A DNA stretch of 64,000 nucleotides. Source: Candidatus Sericytochromatia bacterium. GTDB taxonomy: Bacteria > Cyanobacteriota > Sericytochromatia > S15B-MN24 > JAQBPE01. Positions 19,876 through 29,169 of this stretch are shown one piece after another. The position numbers were made by a program, and so were the translations under genes. Each line of letters opens with the position of its first letter. Position 1 is the first letter of the stretch. The DNA lies in NCBI GenBank assembly GCA_035285125.1, contig JAYKHR010000048.1:96001-160000 (forward strand), in the 5' to 3' direction. The notes under the pieces are model-generated. The model was not told the origin of the DNA. It made no database searches and worked only from the letters and a program-made list of their open reading frames with translations.

Positions 19876-20706
19876 ATGAGGCTGATTCCCCCCCCCCTGG
19901 GGCACGTGCTCCCCAAGCTCTTGCAGGTGATCGACGAGACCCGCATCACGATGCTGTCGGCTGGCGTCGCGTACTTCGTCTTCTTCTCGCTGCTGCCCCT
20001 GATGGTGCTGCTGGTGGCCGTCGGGGCGCACTTCCTGTCTCAGGAGGAGGCCATGCGACGCACCCAGGCCCTGATCGCCGAGGCCTTCCCACACCAACGG
20101 GAGCTTGTCACCTCGGTGTTGACGGGGGTGGTCGCCCAGCGCAAAGGCGCAGGCATCGCGAGCGCCCTGGCGCTGCTGTGGGGCAGCAAGAATGTGTTCG
20201 TCTCCCTGAGCCAAGCGATGAACGCGATCTGGCAGGTGCCGGGGCGTCCCTGGCTGGCCGAGACCCTGCGCGCCATCGCCGCTGCAGCCCTGGCCGGGTT
20301 GCTCGTGGGCCTGGCGGGCTCCCTGACCGCGGCCCTCCACGCCGTGATGGCCCACCCGCTGCCTCTCACGGGCCTTCGTCCGGAGGACCTGCCAGGCGTC
20401 GTGCCGCTGGTGGCAGCCATCGTGCCACCCGTCTTCACCTTCCTGCTGCTCTGCGCCCTGTACGCCTGGCTCCCGAACCGCCAGCTGCGCCTGGGCCAGG
20501 TCTGGCTCGCCGCGGCCACCGCGACCATCGTTTGGGAGGTCACGGGGATGCTGTTCGGCTTGTACCTCACGCATGTGGCCCGACTCAGCTGGGTGTACGG
20601 CTCCCTCGGGGGCATTGTGGGCCTCCTGATGTGGCTGTACGTCTCCGCCACCATCGTGCTGGCGGGCGTGGTGCTGGCCCGCGCCATGCTGGAGGCCGAG
20701 GCCTAA
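19876..20706 (+). CDS. YihY/virulence factor BrkB family membrane protein
   Basis: SAGVAYFVFFSLLP, AMNAIW, LYAWLPN, YGSLGGIVGLLMWLY. Confidence 0.9.
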   Translation: MRLIPPPLGHVLPKLLQVIDETRITMLSAGVAYFVFFSLLPLMVLLVAVGAHFLSQEEAMRRTQALIAEAFPHQRELVTSVLTGVVAQRKGAGIASALALLWGSKNVFVSLSQAMNAIWQVPGRPWLAETLRAIAAAALAGLLVGLAGSLTAALHAVMAHPLPLTGLRPEDLPGVVPLVAAIVPPVFTFLLLCALYAWLPNRQLRLGQVWLAAATATIVWEVTGMLFGLYLTHVARLSWVYGSLGGIVGLLMWLYVSATIVLAGVVLARAMLEAEA

Positions 20707-20968
20707 CCAGCAAGGAATCCCCTTGGCGTGAGCGGCTCTACGGCATTCCCGCCGTTGCATGTTTTCCAAATTCCCAGGTAAAAAACAGCATCTCTGCCAC
20801 ATGCCATTACAAGCAACCCCCGTGCATCGCTCTATTGGCCGCCTCGGGAGAGGGGCAGGCGCATGCCGATCAAATCAAAGAGTAATTGAGCAGCCTCTGA
20901 CGAACGAAAACCGCATGCTTTCCAAACAAAAGCGACAGCGGGCCTCTCCTGCTGGCCCAGCGGGCGCA

Positions 20969-20982
20969 CATGTTTTATCATG
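20969..20982. promoter_or_regulatory. Putative XRE operator immediately upstream of the regulator's RBS
   Basis: CATG-TTTTAT-CATG palindrome; related copies at 20800, 21493, 21536, 21640 and 21682. Confidence 0.45.
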
Positions 20983-21006
20983 TAGGCCTGATAAGGAGAT
21001 CTGAAC

Positions 21007-21387
21007 GTGAGCAAGCTAAGAACGTACATCACCGCACGGCGCCAAGAACTGCGCCTATCTCAGCGACAACTCGCGGCCATCTGCGAGCTGCCCCTAGGCA
21101 CCGTGGCGGGAATCGAATCTGGGCGGGAGGTCACGGCCCCCAGACCAGCCACGCTGGAAAAACTCGCCCGCGGGTTGAAGACGAGCTACGCGCGTCTCGA
21201 TGCCATGGTGAGAGGAGCCGAAGCCGAGAGCTTGGGGGCCATGCAACGGTGGGAGGAAGACTACTACTACCGAATGTTCGATCAGGTGATGACCAACCCG
21301 GCAGTCCCTGAGACGGAGCGCCTCCTGCTGCTGGCGAAGCTGCGGACCGTCTGGCAAACGCACGGCGACCACGACCTCCCCTTGTGA
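21007..21387 (+). CDS. XRE-family HTH transcriptional regulator
   Basis: RRQELRLSQRQLAAICELPLGTVAGIESGR...PRPATLEKLARGL; AAGGAG RBS. Confidence 0.85.
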   Translation: MSKLRTYITARRQELRLSQRQLAAICELPLGTVAGIESGREVTAPRPATLEKLARGLKTSYARLDAMVRGAEAESLGAMQRWEEDYYYRMFDQVMTNPAVPETERLLLLAKLRTVWQTHGDHDLPL

Positions 21388-21851
21388 AAATCCCAAATAC
21401 GTTGCACCACGCGCATTTGTGATACCTTAGCTCGCCCCAACAAGCGCCACAACCCTTCCCATGGATGGCAGGTCGGCCCAAATCGAAGCGCGCTTGCCAA
21501 ACCAATCAACCCAAAAAACGGGGCCCTTCATGCCGCATGCTCGTACAATCAATATGGGCCGCAGAGGAAGCGCTAGACGACGGAGTGCATGTTTTAGAGG
21601 ACTCCCGGGCGCCGCAAGCGCCCTCGGATCTGAGGCTAGCTTGTAATAGCAAGTGACCTGCTCTGGGCAAAAACCTGAAATCTTGTAACAACATGCAAAA
21701 CCCCAAACCGCACCACAAAGCGATTTAAAGACATACATGCCGCCGAAGGGTTTGACCATTGCCACCTCCGGGCCAGTGATGTTCGGCCCCGGCCTCCTGC
21801 CCTTCCCGCGCCGGATGAGCCCCCCTCGGCCGCATGTTCGAGCCGGCTTCC

Positions 21852-21900
21852 GGGGCGGAACCCGGCAGCGCCCCCTCGCGGCGCTGCCGGGTCACGCCCC
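21852..21900. terminator. Long intergenic hairpin
   Basis: ACCCGGCAGCGCC / GGCGCTGCCGGGT 13-bp perfect stem (21860-21892), extended by GGGGCG/CGCCCC. Confidence 0.45.
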
Positions 21901-22020
21901 CACCTCAGCACGGTGAGCAGGACCTCCTTGGGACATCGGTGTCGCCGCCGTGGCCCTCTATCGCTCGACGGGTACAATGAGGCGGTCTGGACCATCTCGG
22001 AGCCCCGCTGGAGAGCTGAC

Positions 22021-22428
22021 ATGACCCCGCCCATCCGCATCCTGATCGGAAAGCCCGGCCTCGACGGTCACGATCGCGGGGCCAAGGTGGTCGCCCGCGC
22101 CCTGCGGGACGCGGGGATGGAGGTCATCTACACGGGCCTGCACCAGCGCCCGGAGGACATCGTGCACGCGGCCATCCAGGAAGATGTGGATGCCGTCGGC
22201 CTGAGCCTGCTGTCCGGCGCTCACCTGACCCTGGTGCCGGAGATATGTCGCCAGCTGCGCGCGGAGGGGGCAGGCGACGTGCTCGTGTTCTGCGGCGGCA
22301 TCATCCCCGAGGAGGACGAGGAGGCCCTCCGGGCGGCCGGCGTCCACGCCGTCTACGGCCCCGGGACGGCGACGGATGCGATCGTGGATGCCATCAGACA
22401 GGCCGTCGCGACACGCCAGGCATCTTGA
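22021..22428 (+). CDS. Cobalamin-binding domain protein (acyl-CoA mutase small subunit)
   Basis: [43 protein letters not shown]. Confidence 0.93.
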   Translation: MTPPIRILIGKPGLDGHDRGAKVVARALRDAGMEVIYTGLHQRPEDIVHAAIQEDVDAVGLSLLSGAHLTLVPEICRQLRAEGAGDVLVFCGGIIPEEDEEALRAAGVHAVYGPGTATDAIVDAIRQAVATRQAS

Positions 22429-22539
22429 AGGACACAAGCCCGTCGACCTTGTTGCCTATATAAGGCAAGGTTACGGTCGCCCCGCTGACCAATCGAACCC
22501 AGTTCCAGGGTCCATGCCCGCTCGGAGGACACGATAGCC

Positions 22540-23823
22540 ATGTCTGACGCCTTCCCCTCGCCCCTCCAGCCCCCGGTCGGTCCGCGCCTGGGCACACCCT
22601 CGGCCGCAGCCACGGTGCCCGGCGCGGCCCCTGTCGTGCCCACCATCCCCGTGGCGCCGCCCCCCGACAGCATGCAGCTGACGGCGATGCCAGCGGCAGT
22701 CGCCCCACAGAACCCGGCCGCGATCCGGGCAGAGCTCGCGAGCCTGCAGGCCGACCTGGCCAGGCTCGGCCAGCAGGTGGAGGCCATGATCGCGCGGATC
22801 GACACCCTCCCAGCCCCGGCGGCCGCGACCGCCGGGCCGGCCCAGGCCCCGATGCTCGCGCCGCTGCCGCCTGCGGTGCCGCAATCCCCGGCCCCCCAGA
22901 TGGCCGGCGCCGACGCGGCGCCACAGGCCGCGGCGGCCGGCGGCTCCCACGACGTGAAGGCCGGCGACTTCCTCTGGAAGATCGCAGCCGAACAGCTCGG
23001 GGACTCGGGTCGGTGGCCCGAGATCTACGCCCTCAACAAGGACGTGATCGGAGACAACCCGAACCTGATCCTGCCGGGCCAGAAGCTCCGACTGCCCGCT
23101 CGCACGGGCGCCACCCCCGGTGCCCCGCTCCCCCCACCGCCCGGCGCGACCCAGCCACCAGCATCGACTCAGCCACCCCTGGCGCCTCCCGCGACGCTGC
23201 CGCCCCCCGTCATCGCCCCGCCTCAGGCCGCTCCGCACCCCCCCGTGCAGGGCACGCCGGACGTGCCTGTCCCCGCCAGCAGCCGCCAGGTGCAGGACGC
23301 AGAGGCCCTCCGCGTGGCTCAGGAGTTCGGGCTTTCCCCCGCGAACGCGCCGCTCACGCCCGCCCTCAAGGCGAATGTCGCGCAATTCCTCGACGAGATG
23401 GCGGCCTACGAAGGCAGCCAGCGCGGCAAGGTCTTCGGCCCTGGTATGGAGGCGCTGGCCGCCAGCCCGCAGGAAGCCGAGCAGATTCGGGCCAGCGTAA
23501 AGCAGATCCAGCAGGCCCTCGAGCTGCTGATCAAGGCCGGCAAGCTTCGCGTGGCCGACGCCCAGGGACGGCCTGTGACCGCCCTGCCCGCGACGGGCTC
23601 CTTCTTCCAGGTGGACGCGCAGGGCAAGGAGCGCAAGGATGCGGCCGGCAACCCCGTGATGGACGAGGCGCTCGTCGCCGCCGTGACCCAGTTCAAGCAG
23701 AGCCAGGGCATCCACCAAACCTACAGGCTGGCAGACGGCACGTTCGCGATCAACGAGTACGTCGGCCCCGCCACGGTGGAGGCCCTGAAGATGGCGCTGA
23801 CGGCGTTGCAGCAGCAACGCTGA
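22540..23823 (+). CDS. Pro-rich LysM and peptidoglycan-binding domain protein
   Basis: LysM HDVKAGDFLWKIA...IYALN...NPNLILPGQKLRLP; C-terminal AVTQFKQSQGI...VGPATVEAL; short coiled coil. Confidence 0.8.
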   Translation: MSDAFPSPLQPPVGPRLGTPSAAATVPGAAPVVPTIPVAPPPDSMQLTAMPAAVAPQNPAAIRAELASLQADLARLGQQVEAMIARIDTLPAPAAATAGPAQAPMLAPLPPAVPQSPAPQMAGADAAPQAAAAGGSHDVKAGDFLWKIAAEQLGDSGRWPEIYALNKDVIGDNPNLILPGQKLRLPARTGATPGAPLPPPPGATQPPASTQPPLAPPATLPPPVIAPPQAAPHPPVQGTPDVPVPASSRQVQDAEALRVAQEFGLSPANAPLTPALKANVAQFLDEMAAYEGSQRGKVFGPGMEALAASPQEAEQIRASVKQIQQALELLIKAGKLRVADAQGRPVTALPATGSFFQVDAQGKERKDAAGNPVMDEALVAAVTQFKQSQGIHQTYRLADGTFAINEYVGPATVEALKMALTALQQQR

Positions 23824-23844
23824 GGCCAGTTCAGCCAGCCGAGA

Positions 23845-23874
23845 CACGCCCCGGATCCCAGGACCCGGGGCGTG
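23845..23874. terminator. Palindrome between convergent genes
   Basis: CACGCCCCGG...CCGGGGCGTG 10-bp stem between the LysM gene and folD stops. Confidence 0.55.
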
Positions 23875-23877
23875 CCG

Positions 23878-24747
23878 TCATGGGGGCGATGACCCGAGCC
23901 GGGTGACGTAGCTCTGCCAGGTGTTTTCCAGCAAGGCTGCGATGGTCATGGGGCCGACGCCGCCGGGAACGGGCGTGAGCCAGCCGGCCACGTGCGCCAC
24001 CTCAGGGTGAACGTCCCCCACGACGGAGCCGTCGGGGACGCGGTTGATGCCGACGTCGACCACCGCAGCCCCGGGCCGCACCATCTCAGCCGTCACGAGG
24101 AGGGGCCGTCCGACGGCTACCACCAGCAGCTCCGCGTGCCTGGTCAGGTCAGCCAGGTCACGGCTGCGAGAGTGCGCCACGGTGACGGTGGCATCGGCCT
24201 CGACGAGCAGCGCCGCCAACGGCTTGCCCACGATCGCGCTGCGCCCCAGCACCACGGCGCGCGTTCCAGCCAGGGGCACGTCGTGGTGCCGCAAGAGCCT
24301 CATGATCCCCGCCGGCGTGCAGGCTCGGGGGCCCGGCAGCCCCAGGACGAGGTTGCCAATGTTCAGCGGCAGGAGGCCGTCCACGTCCTTGGAGGGCGCC
24401 AGCCCCGCGAGCACGACGTGGGGATCCATGTGAGATGGAAGGGGGAGCTGCACGAGGATGCCATCAACCCCAGGGTCAGCGCTCAGAACCGCGACATGGG
24501 CCGCCACCTCGCCTTCGGACAGGGTCTCGGGCAGGTGGATGGATCTGGAGTCGAAGCCGGCCTGTTCACAGGCCCGGTGCTTGTTGCGAACATAGACGGT
24601 CGACGCCGCCACCTCGCCCACCTGAACCACGGCAAGGCAGGGGGGCCTGGAGCCGAGAGGCCTCTGCGCCACGAGGCGCGCGAGGTCCTCTCGAATCCGG
24701 CCTGCGAGGGCCTTGCCATCAAGCACGGTGGCGACAGAAGACATCAT
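23878..24747 (-). CDS. folD: Bifunctional methylenetetrahydrofolate dehydrogenase/cyclohydrolase
   Basis: YVRNK, GILVQLPLP, KDVDG, CTPAG, GRSAIVGKP, DVGIN, TPVPGGVGPMT. Confidence 0.96.
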   Translation of the reverse strand: MMSSVATVLDGKALAGRIREDLARLVAQRPLGSRPPCLAVVQVGEVAASTVYVRNKHRACEQAGFDSRSIHLPETLSEGEVAAHVAVLSADPGVDGILVQLPLPSHMDPHVVLAGLAPSKDVDGLLPLNIGNLVLGLPGPRACTPAGIMRLLRHHDVPLAGTRAVVLGRSAIVGKPLAALLVEADATVTVAHSRSRDLADLTRHAELLVVAVGRPLLVTAEMVRPGAAVVDVGINRVPDGSVVGDVHPEVAHVAGWLTPVPGGVGPMTIAALLENTWQSYVTRLGSSPP

Positions 24748-24827
24748 CCCTCCTGCGGGCAGCACAGCAACACGTGCCCATCATACCGTGGACCTGCTGC
24801 CCCGCGGGGTCAGGCGGATGCCGTCCG

Positions 24828-25139
24828 TCAGACGCCGCGCCGCGCCACGGCCCCCTTGCGCGAACCGGCCTGGACCCTGACCTTGAGCGCCTTACCAGGG
24901 ACGAAAGCCGGACTCTTGCGGGCCGGAATCCGCAACGCCGCCCCGGTGCGTGGGTTACGCCCCTCCCGCGCCGCGCGCTCTCGCACCTGGAAGGTGCCGA
25001 AGCCGACGATGGTTACCCGCTCCCCCCTCGCCAGGGCCTGACCGATGGCCTCCAGGGTCGTCATCAGCATCGTGTGGGTGTCGCGTTGCGTGGACCGCGT
25101 GCGATCCGCGACCAGCTTCACCAGGTCTTCCTTGTTCAA
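24828..25139 (-). CDS. hup: HU family DNA-binding protein
   Basis: MNKEDL...GFGTFQVRERAAREGRNPRTG...PAFVPGKALK; TTG start with AGGAG RBS. Confidence 0.9.
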   Translation of the reverse strand: MNKEDLVKLVADRTRSTQRDTHTMLMTTLEAIGQALARGERVTIVGFGTFQVRERAAREGRNPRTGAALRIPARKSPAFVPGKALKVRVQAGSRKGAVARRGV

Positions 25140-25301
25140 GTTGGGCTCCTCTCACGTGGGGTTGGCTGCCACCGTGGTGACGGACCAGGCTTCACGGAAG
25201 GGGTTATAACAGCCCAGTTTTGACCTTGTAAACCAATATCGTTGTTTAAGCAAAACGCTCGTCTGCTCCTCACCGAGGTGGTAAGCAGCTTCTCGTCGCA
25301 C

Positions 25302-25328
25302 AAAAAAACCCGGCCTTGCGGGCCGGGT
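25302..25328 (-). terminator. Rho-independent terminator of the M23 gene
   Basis: ACCCGGCC/GGCCGGGT stem followed by a T7 tract on the minus strand. Confidence 0.8.
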
Positions 25329-25346
25329 CTCGCGACGTCGAAGAAG

Positions 25347-26645
25347 TCAGAAGAACGAGGAGGGGTTCACGGCCCTGCCGTGGATGCGCACCTCGAAGTG
25401 GAGGTGAGGCCCGGTGGACCGCCCCGTGCTGCCCATCCGCGCAATGGGTTGCCCAGGGCCGACGGACTCGCCAGCCGCCACGAGCACGCGGGAGCAGTGG
25501 CCGTACCTGGTGACCACACCACCCCCGTGGTCGATGTCAACGGCGTAGCCGTACGCACCCATCCAGCCGGCGGACACGACCACGCCGCCCTTCGCCGCGT
25601 GAATCGGCGTGCCGACCACGTTGCAGATGTCCACGCCAGGGTGGAACGAGTACCCGCGGATGCCAAAGGGCGATGACATCTGGCCGCTCGTCGGCCAAGC
25701 CAGTTCACCCACGCGGCTGCCGAAGGCGCCCACGAGGCTGCGAGAGGCCTTGAGGCGCTTGGCCCAGCGGCCGCCAGAACGGTAGCCGCGCTCGGGCAAG
25801 ATGGCAGTACGTTGCTCCCTGTAGCGCAGTTCCAAGGCCCCGGGGATAAACACCGGGCGGGACAAGGCCAGCTTGTCACCCGTCAGCCCAGGGTTGTGGC
25901 TCCGCAACGACGCGACGGACACGCGGTAGCGGGTCGCAAGCTCGGAGAGAGTCTCGCCAGAGCGGACGCGGTGGTAGGCCCCATCCGTGGGGGTGATCAC
26001 GAGGCGTTGCCCCGCACGGATTCGAGCACCCAGCGGCAACATGTTGACCAGGCGAACGGTCCGGGCCCGCAGGCCGAACCGCTGGCCGACGCTGGCGAAA
26101 TCGTCCCCGCGGCGGGCCACGTAGACGATGTTGGTGAGCCGGGGCCCAACCTCCAGGGAAACCTGGGAGCCTTTCGCGTAGCCTTCAATGGTCCGAAGCT
26201 TGGCCGGCAGGTTCTGGCCGGCGATCAGCAGCGAGGCCGGTGCGTGGGACCTCGGCGCGGGGGCCTTGGTCGGCCCTTCCACCCGACCCGACAACAGCGC
26301 CAGGGCCGAGGCAGCGACCGCAAGGGCAAGCCCAGCAGCACCCCACAGCGTCTTGGTCGGCGAAGGGGCCGCGGGGGCGTAAGGGCGCGCGGACTGCGCG
26401 AGACGAAGGACGCCGGGCGCCTCCGCCAGTTCACCCACGGCGGACGACGCGGGGCGAGCCCCCCAGCGCGGCTGCGTTCCAGACCAAGTCGACGGCCAAC
26501 TGGCGTGCGAAAGATTCCGCAGCGAGGTCCGAGACAGCCGGGGCGCCTGATACTGGTGAGGCCGGCGACGAGGCGGCTGGATGACGTATGCCGGGATCTC
26601 TGACGGATCGCGGTGGGACGTTTCAGTCGGCTTCAATTCGACCAA
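25347..26645 (-). CDS. LysM + M23 family metallopeptidase
   Basis: One TM helix, two LysM repeats, M23 motifs HPGVD, YGH, GSTGRSTGPHLHFE; TTG start with GGAGG RBS. Confidence 0.9.
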   Translation of the reverse strand: MVELKPTETSHRDPSEIPAYVIQPPRRRPHQYQAPRLSRTSLRNLSHASWPSTWSGTQPRWGARPASSAVGELAEAPGVLRLAQSARPYAPAAPSPTKTLWGAAGLALAVAASALALLSGRVEGPTKAPAPRSHAPASLLIAGQNLPAKLRTIEGYAKGSQVSLEVGPRLTNIVYVARRGDDFASVGQRFGLRARTVRLVNMLPLGARIRAGQRLVITPTDGAYHRVRSGETLSELATRYRVSVASLRSHNPGLTGDKLALSRPVFIPGALELRYREQRTAILPERGYRSGGRWAKRLKASRSLVGAFGSRVGELAWPTSGQMSSPFGIRGYSFHPGVDICNVVGTPIHAAKGGVVVSAGWMGAYGYAVDIDHGGGVVTRYGHCSRVLVAAGESVGPGQPIARMGSTGRSTGPHLHFEVRIHGRAVNPSSFF

Positions 26646-26785
26646 GACGCTTCCTCCGTGTCTGCTGAGGCGATGCGGCGACGACCATGGCTGGAACGGA
26701 ACAGGCCGAAAAGGCCCAAATGCCATCCCGATACGACGTCACGACGCCAGGCGGGTTGATGTGACGGGGACGGCAAAGTTTGTGA

Positions 26786-26814
26786 ATTGTATCACTTGCC
26801 TGCTTCCCGGTCAA
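26786..26814 (-). promoter_or_regulatory. Sigma70 promoter of the M23 gene
   Basis: TTGACC-17 nt-TACAAT with extended -10 TG. Confidence 0.7.
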
Positions 26815-26849
26815 ACGAGCGTGCGCGGCGCCTCTGGCGCCGCCGCGGC

Positions 26850-27503
26850 TCAGACGGGACGCGATTCGACGGCCCGCCAATCGGCGAGGAACCGCTCGAT
26901 ACCGGAGTCCGTCAAGGGGTGCTTGAACATCTGCTGGAGCACCTTGAAGGGCATGGTCGCAACGTGCGCCCCGAGGCGCGCAGCCTGCGTGACGTGGATG
27001 GGGTGACGGACGCTGGCCACGAGCACCTGGGTCTCGAACCCGAAGTTGGTATAGATGTCCAGGATCTCCTCGATCAGTTGCATGCCGTCCTGGCCGATGT
27101 CATCGAGACGCCCCACGAAGGGGCTGACGTAGGTGGCGCCGGCCCGCGCCGCGAGCAGCGCCTGGTTGGCTGAGAAAACCAGGGTGACGTTGGTCTTGAT
27201 GCCCTCGGCCACGCACGTTGCCACAGCCTGCATGCCAGCCTCCGTCATCGGCACCTTGACCACGACGTTCGGCGCCCAGGCCGCATACTCGCGGGCCTCC
27301 CGCATCATCGACTCGAAATCCAGCGCGATCACCTCCGCGCTGACGGGCCCCGAGGTGATGCCGCAGATCTCGAGCACGACCTGCTTGAAGTCCCGCCCTT
27401 CCCGGGCGACAAGCGACGGGTTGGTGGTGACGCCGTCAACCTGTCCCCAGGCCACCGCCTTCCGGATCTCATCGACGTTGGCGGTGTCCAAAAAAAACTT
27501 CAC
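26850..27503 (-). CDS. fsa: Transaldolase / fructose-6-phosphate aldolase family protein
   Basis: [52 protein letters not shown]. Confidence 0.92.
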   Translation of the reverse strand: MKFFLDTANVDEIRKAVAWGQVDGVTTNPSLVAREGRDFKQVVLEICGITSGPVSAEVIALDFESMMREAREYAAWAPNVVVKVPMTEAGMQAVATCVAEGIKTNVTLVFSANQALLAARAGATYVSPFVGRLDDIGQDGMQLIEEILDIYTNFGFETQVLVASVRHPIHVTQAARLGAHVATMPFKVLQQMFKHPLTDSGIERFLADWRAVESRPV

Positions 27504-27722
27504 GGCGAGGCTCCTCGACGACCGGCTGTGGAATGGCGGCTTTATTCTACACCAGCCTGGGGCAGGTCGGCAGCCGTGACGCGGCGTCGGGGGCAGGTTC
27601 CCGTGTGCCACGGGTCACGTCCCGGGGGCGGGCCGGCCTCTAGGATGGGGGCTCGGGACACCCCTTGCGGCGGCTCCATCCACCCGCGGCCGCAAGCCAG
27701 TCATAGAAAGGCAACCAGCACC

Positions 27723-28115
27723 ATGACCACGAGCAAGAAGAAGGCCGCGCCGCGCGCCGGCGAGAAGTCGAAGCGCCCCACCACCAAGTCGGCCGGGCGG
27801 CCCACCAAGGCGGCAGCCGAGGCCCCGGTGGCGACGGTCGAGCCCGTCGAGGCGACGCCCGTCGTGACGGCAGTGACGTTCGCCGCCCCCGCCGAGACGC
27901 TGGCAGCGCCAGCGCCTGCCAGCACCGAGGCCGCCAGGCCCCTGATGGTGTACGAGTTCCAGCAGCGGCTCGCCGAGCGAGGCTACTACCCCGGCGTGAT
28001 CGACGGCGACTACGGTCACCACACCCGGATGGCCGTGGCGCGTTGCCAGCAGGCCTATGGCCTCCCCGTCGACGGCGAGCCGACGCCGGACACGCTCCGC
28101 GCCCTCGGGTTCTGA
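27723..28115 (+). CDS. Peptidoglycan-binding domain protein with Lys-rich N-terminus
   Basis: QQRLAERGYYPGVIDGDYGHHTRMAVARCQQAYGLPVDG...TLRALG. Confidence 0.8.
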   Translation: MTTSKKKAAPRAGEKSKRPTTKSAGRPTKAAAEAPVATVEPVEATPVVTAVTFAAPAETLAAPAPASTEAARPLMVYEFQQRLAERGYYPGVIDGDYGHHTRMAVARCQQAYGLPVDGEPTPDTLRALGF

Positions 28116-28129
28116 GCCCTTGGCCGACG

Positions 28130-28159
28130 AGGCCCCCCGCCTTCGGCGGGGGGCCTTTT
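28130..28159 (+). terminator. Rho-independent terminator
   Basis: AGGCCCCCCGC/GCGGGGGGCCT stem followed by T-tract. Confidence 0.8.
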
Positions 28160-28211
28160 CACTGCCGTGCGCGCGGTCAAGCGCTTTACCCGGACACCAG
28201 GCAGCGAGCGC

Positions 28212-28916
28212 CTACTTGAAGAGCAGCCCCGAGGTCTGCTCCACGAGGACATCACCGCGCTCGAAGACCGTTCCGGCGGGCACGACCTCTGCCTCTGCCC
28301 GGGAGGCAAAGGGCTGCACCGAGGTCACCCGCACGGTGCCGAGCTCGCGCGGCTTCATGTTCAGCGGGTGGCGAAAGACCCGGAAGAGCGAGCCTGCAGT
28401 GATCCCGTCCGCCGCACCGAGATCCAGAATGATCTGGTCCTCGTCGATGTCCTTCACGAGGCAACGCAACGGATCGGCATGGCGCACGAAGCCCACCAAC
28501 TGGTCGGCCAGCGACTCCGCGGACGCGGCGTCTCCGAGCAGGCCCAGGTCGCGGCTGAACTCCCCCGTGCGGAAATCGAACAGCTTGACCGTGACCTTGA
28601 CCTGGCCGCCGACGGCCTCGTACTTGCCATCCACCAGCAACTCGACGTTGGCGGCGGCGCGGGCCTTTCGGGCGTTCTCCAGCGTGAACCCGCCATTGAG
28701 CGGGATGGCCTTCAGCTTGGCGCGCGCAGCAGCCCCGTCGACCACGTCGAAACGCCGCGTGCCGTTGAGCTTGGTGCCCACGGAGGTCAAGAAGGGCGCT
28801 GGGGCGTTGGCGATCGCCACGGCCAGCCGAGGCTTGTCGGCCACCGTGTCGGCCAGCGCGGGGCCAGCAGGCTCCACCGCCAGCAGGGTCAACAGCAACA
28901 CTCTCCACAACCGCAC
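28212..28916 (-). CDS. Secreted protein, CsgG/FlgT-like architecture
   Basis: Signal peptide ending ALA; VKVTVKLFDFRTGE; FlgT-C-like IILDLGAADGITAGSLFRV...LGTVRVTSV; AGGAGG RBS. Confidence 0.55.
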   Translation of the reverse strand: MRLWRVLLLTLLAVEPAGPALADTVADKPRLAVAIANAPAPFLTSVGTKLNGTRRFDVVDGAAARAKLKAIPLNGGFTLENARKARAAANVELLVDGKYEAVGGQVKVTVKLFDFRTGEFSRDLGLLGDAASAESLADQLVGFVRHADPLRCLVKDIDEDQIILDLGAADGITAGSLFRVFRHPLNMKPRELGTVRVTSVQPFASRAEAEVVPAGTVFERGDVLVEQTSGLLFK

Positions 28917-29169
28917 GCGGAAGACCTCCTCCTGCCGACATGGTACACGGACCACCCGGCGCCCGCGCGGACCGCCGTCACGCACGGCACGGCTCTTCCC
29001 ACCTCATCGGCGGGCGTGACCGGAGACTGAAACGCGGCCGGAACTCGTTGTCACGAGGTTAAGCTTTTAATGAATCAAGGTAAACGGGCGCAAGACCCGT
29101 GCCCCTTGGGCGGATACCAGTCTGTGAGCGGACACCGTGTCCTGCCCCCGCCCGGAGACCCAGCCCGCG

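Noticed and set aside
20707..21760. AT-richer region as replication origin or prophage/IS remnant
   Set aside because: I found no DnaA boxes (TTATCCACA), integrase, transposase, terminal repeats or tRNA target.
21760..22020. Possible cobalamin riboswitch upstream of the B12-binding gene
   Set aside because: No correctly ordered GGGAA...GCCACTG...GGGAAG elements or B12 box on the coding strand.
29085..29125. GGTAAAC-stem-GCAA loop upstream of the subtilase, resembling the start of a c-di-GMP-I riboswitch
   Set aside because: The following GCAAAGC and second-stem elements are absent; only a simple hairpin is supported.
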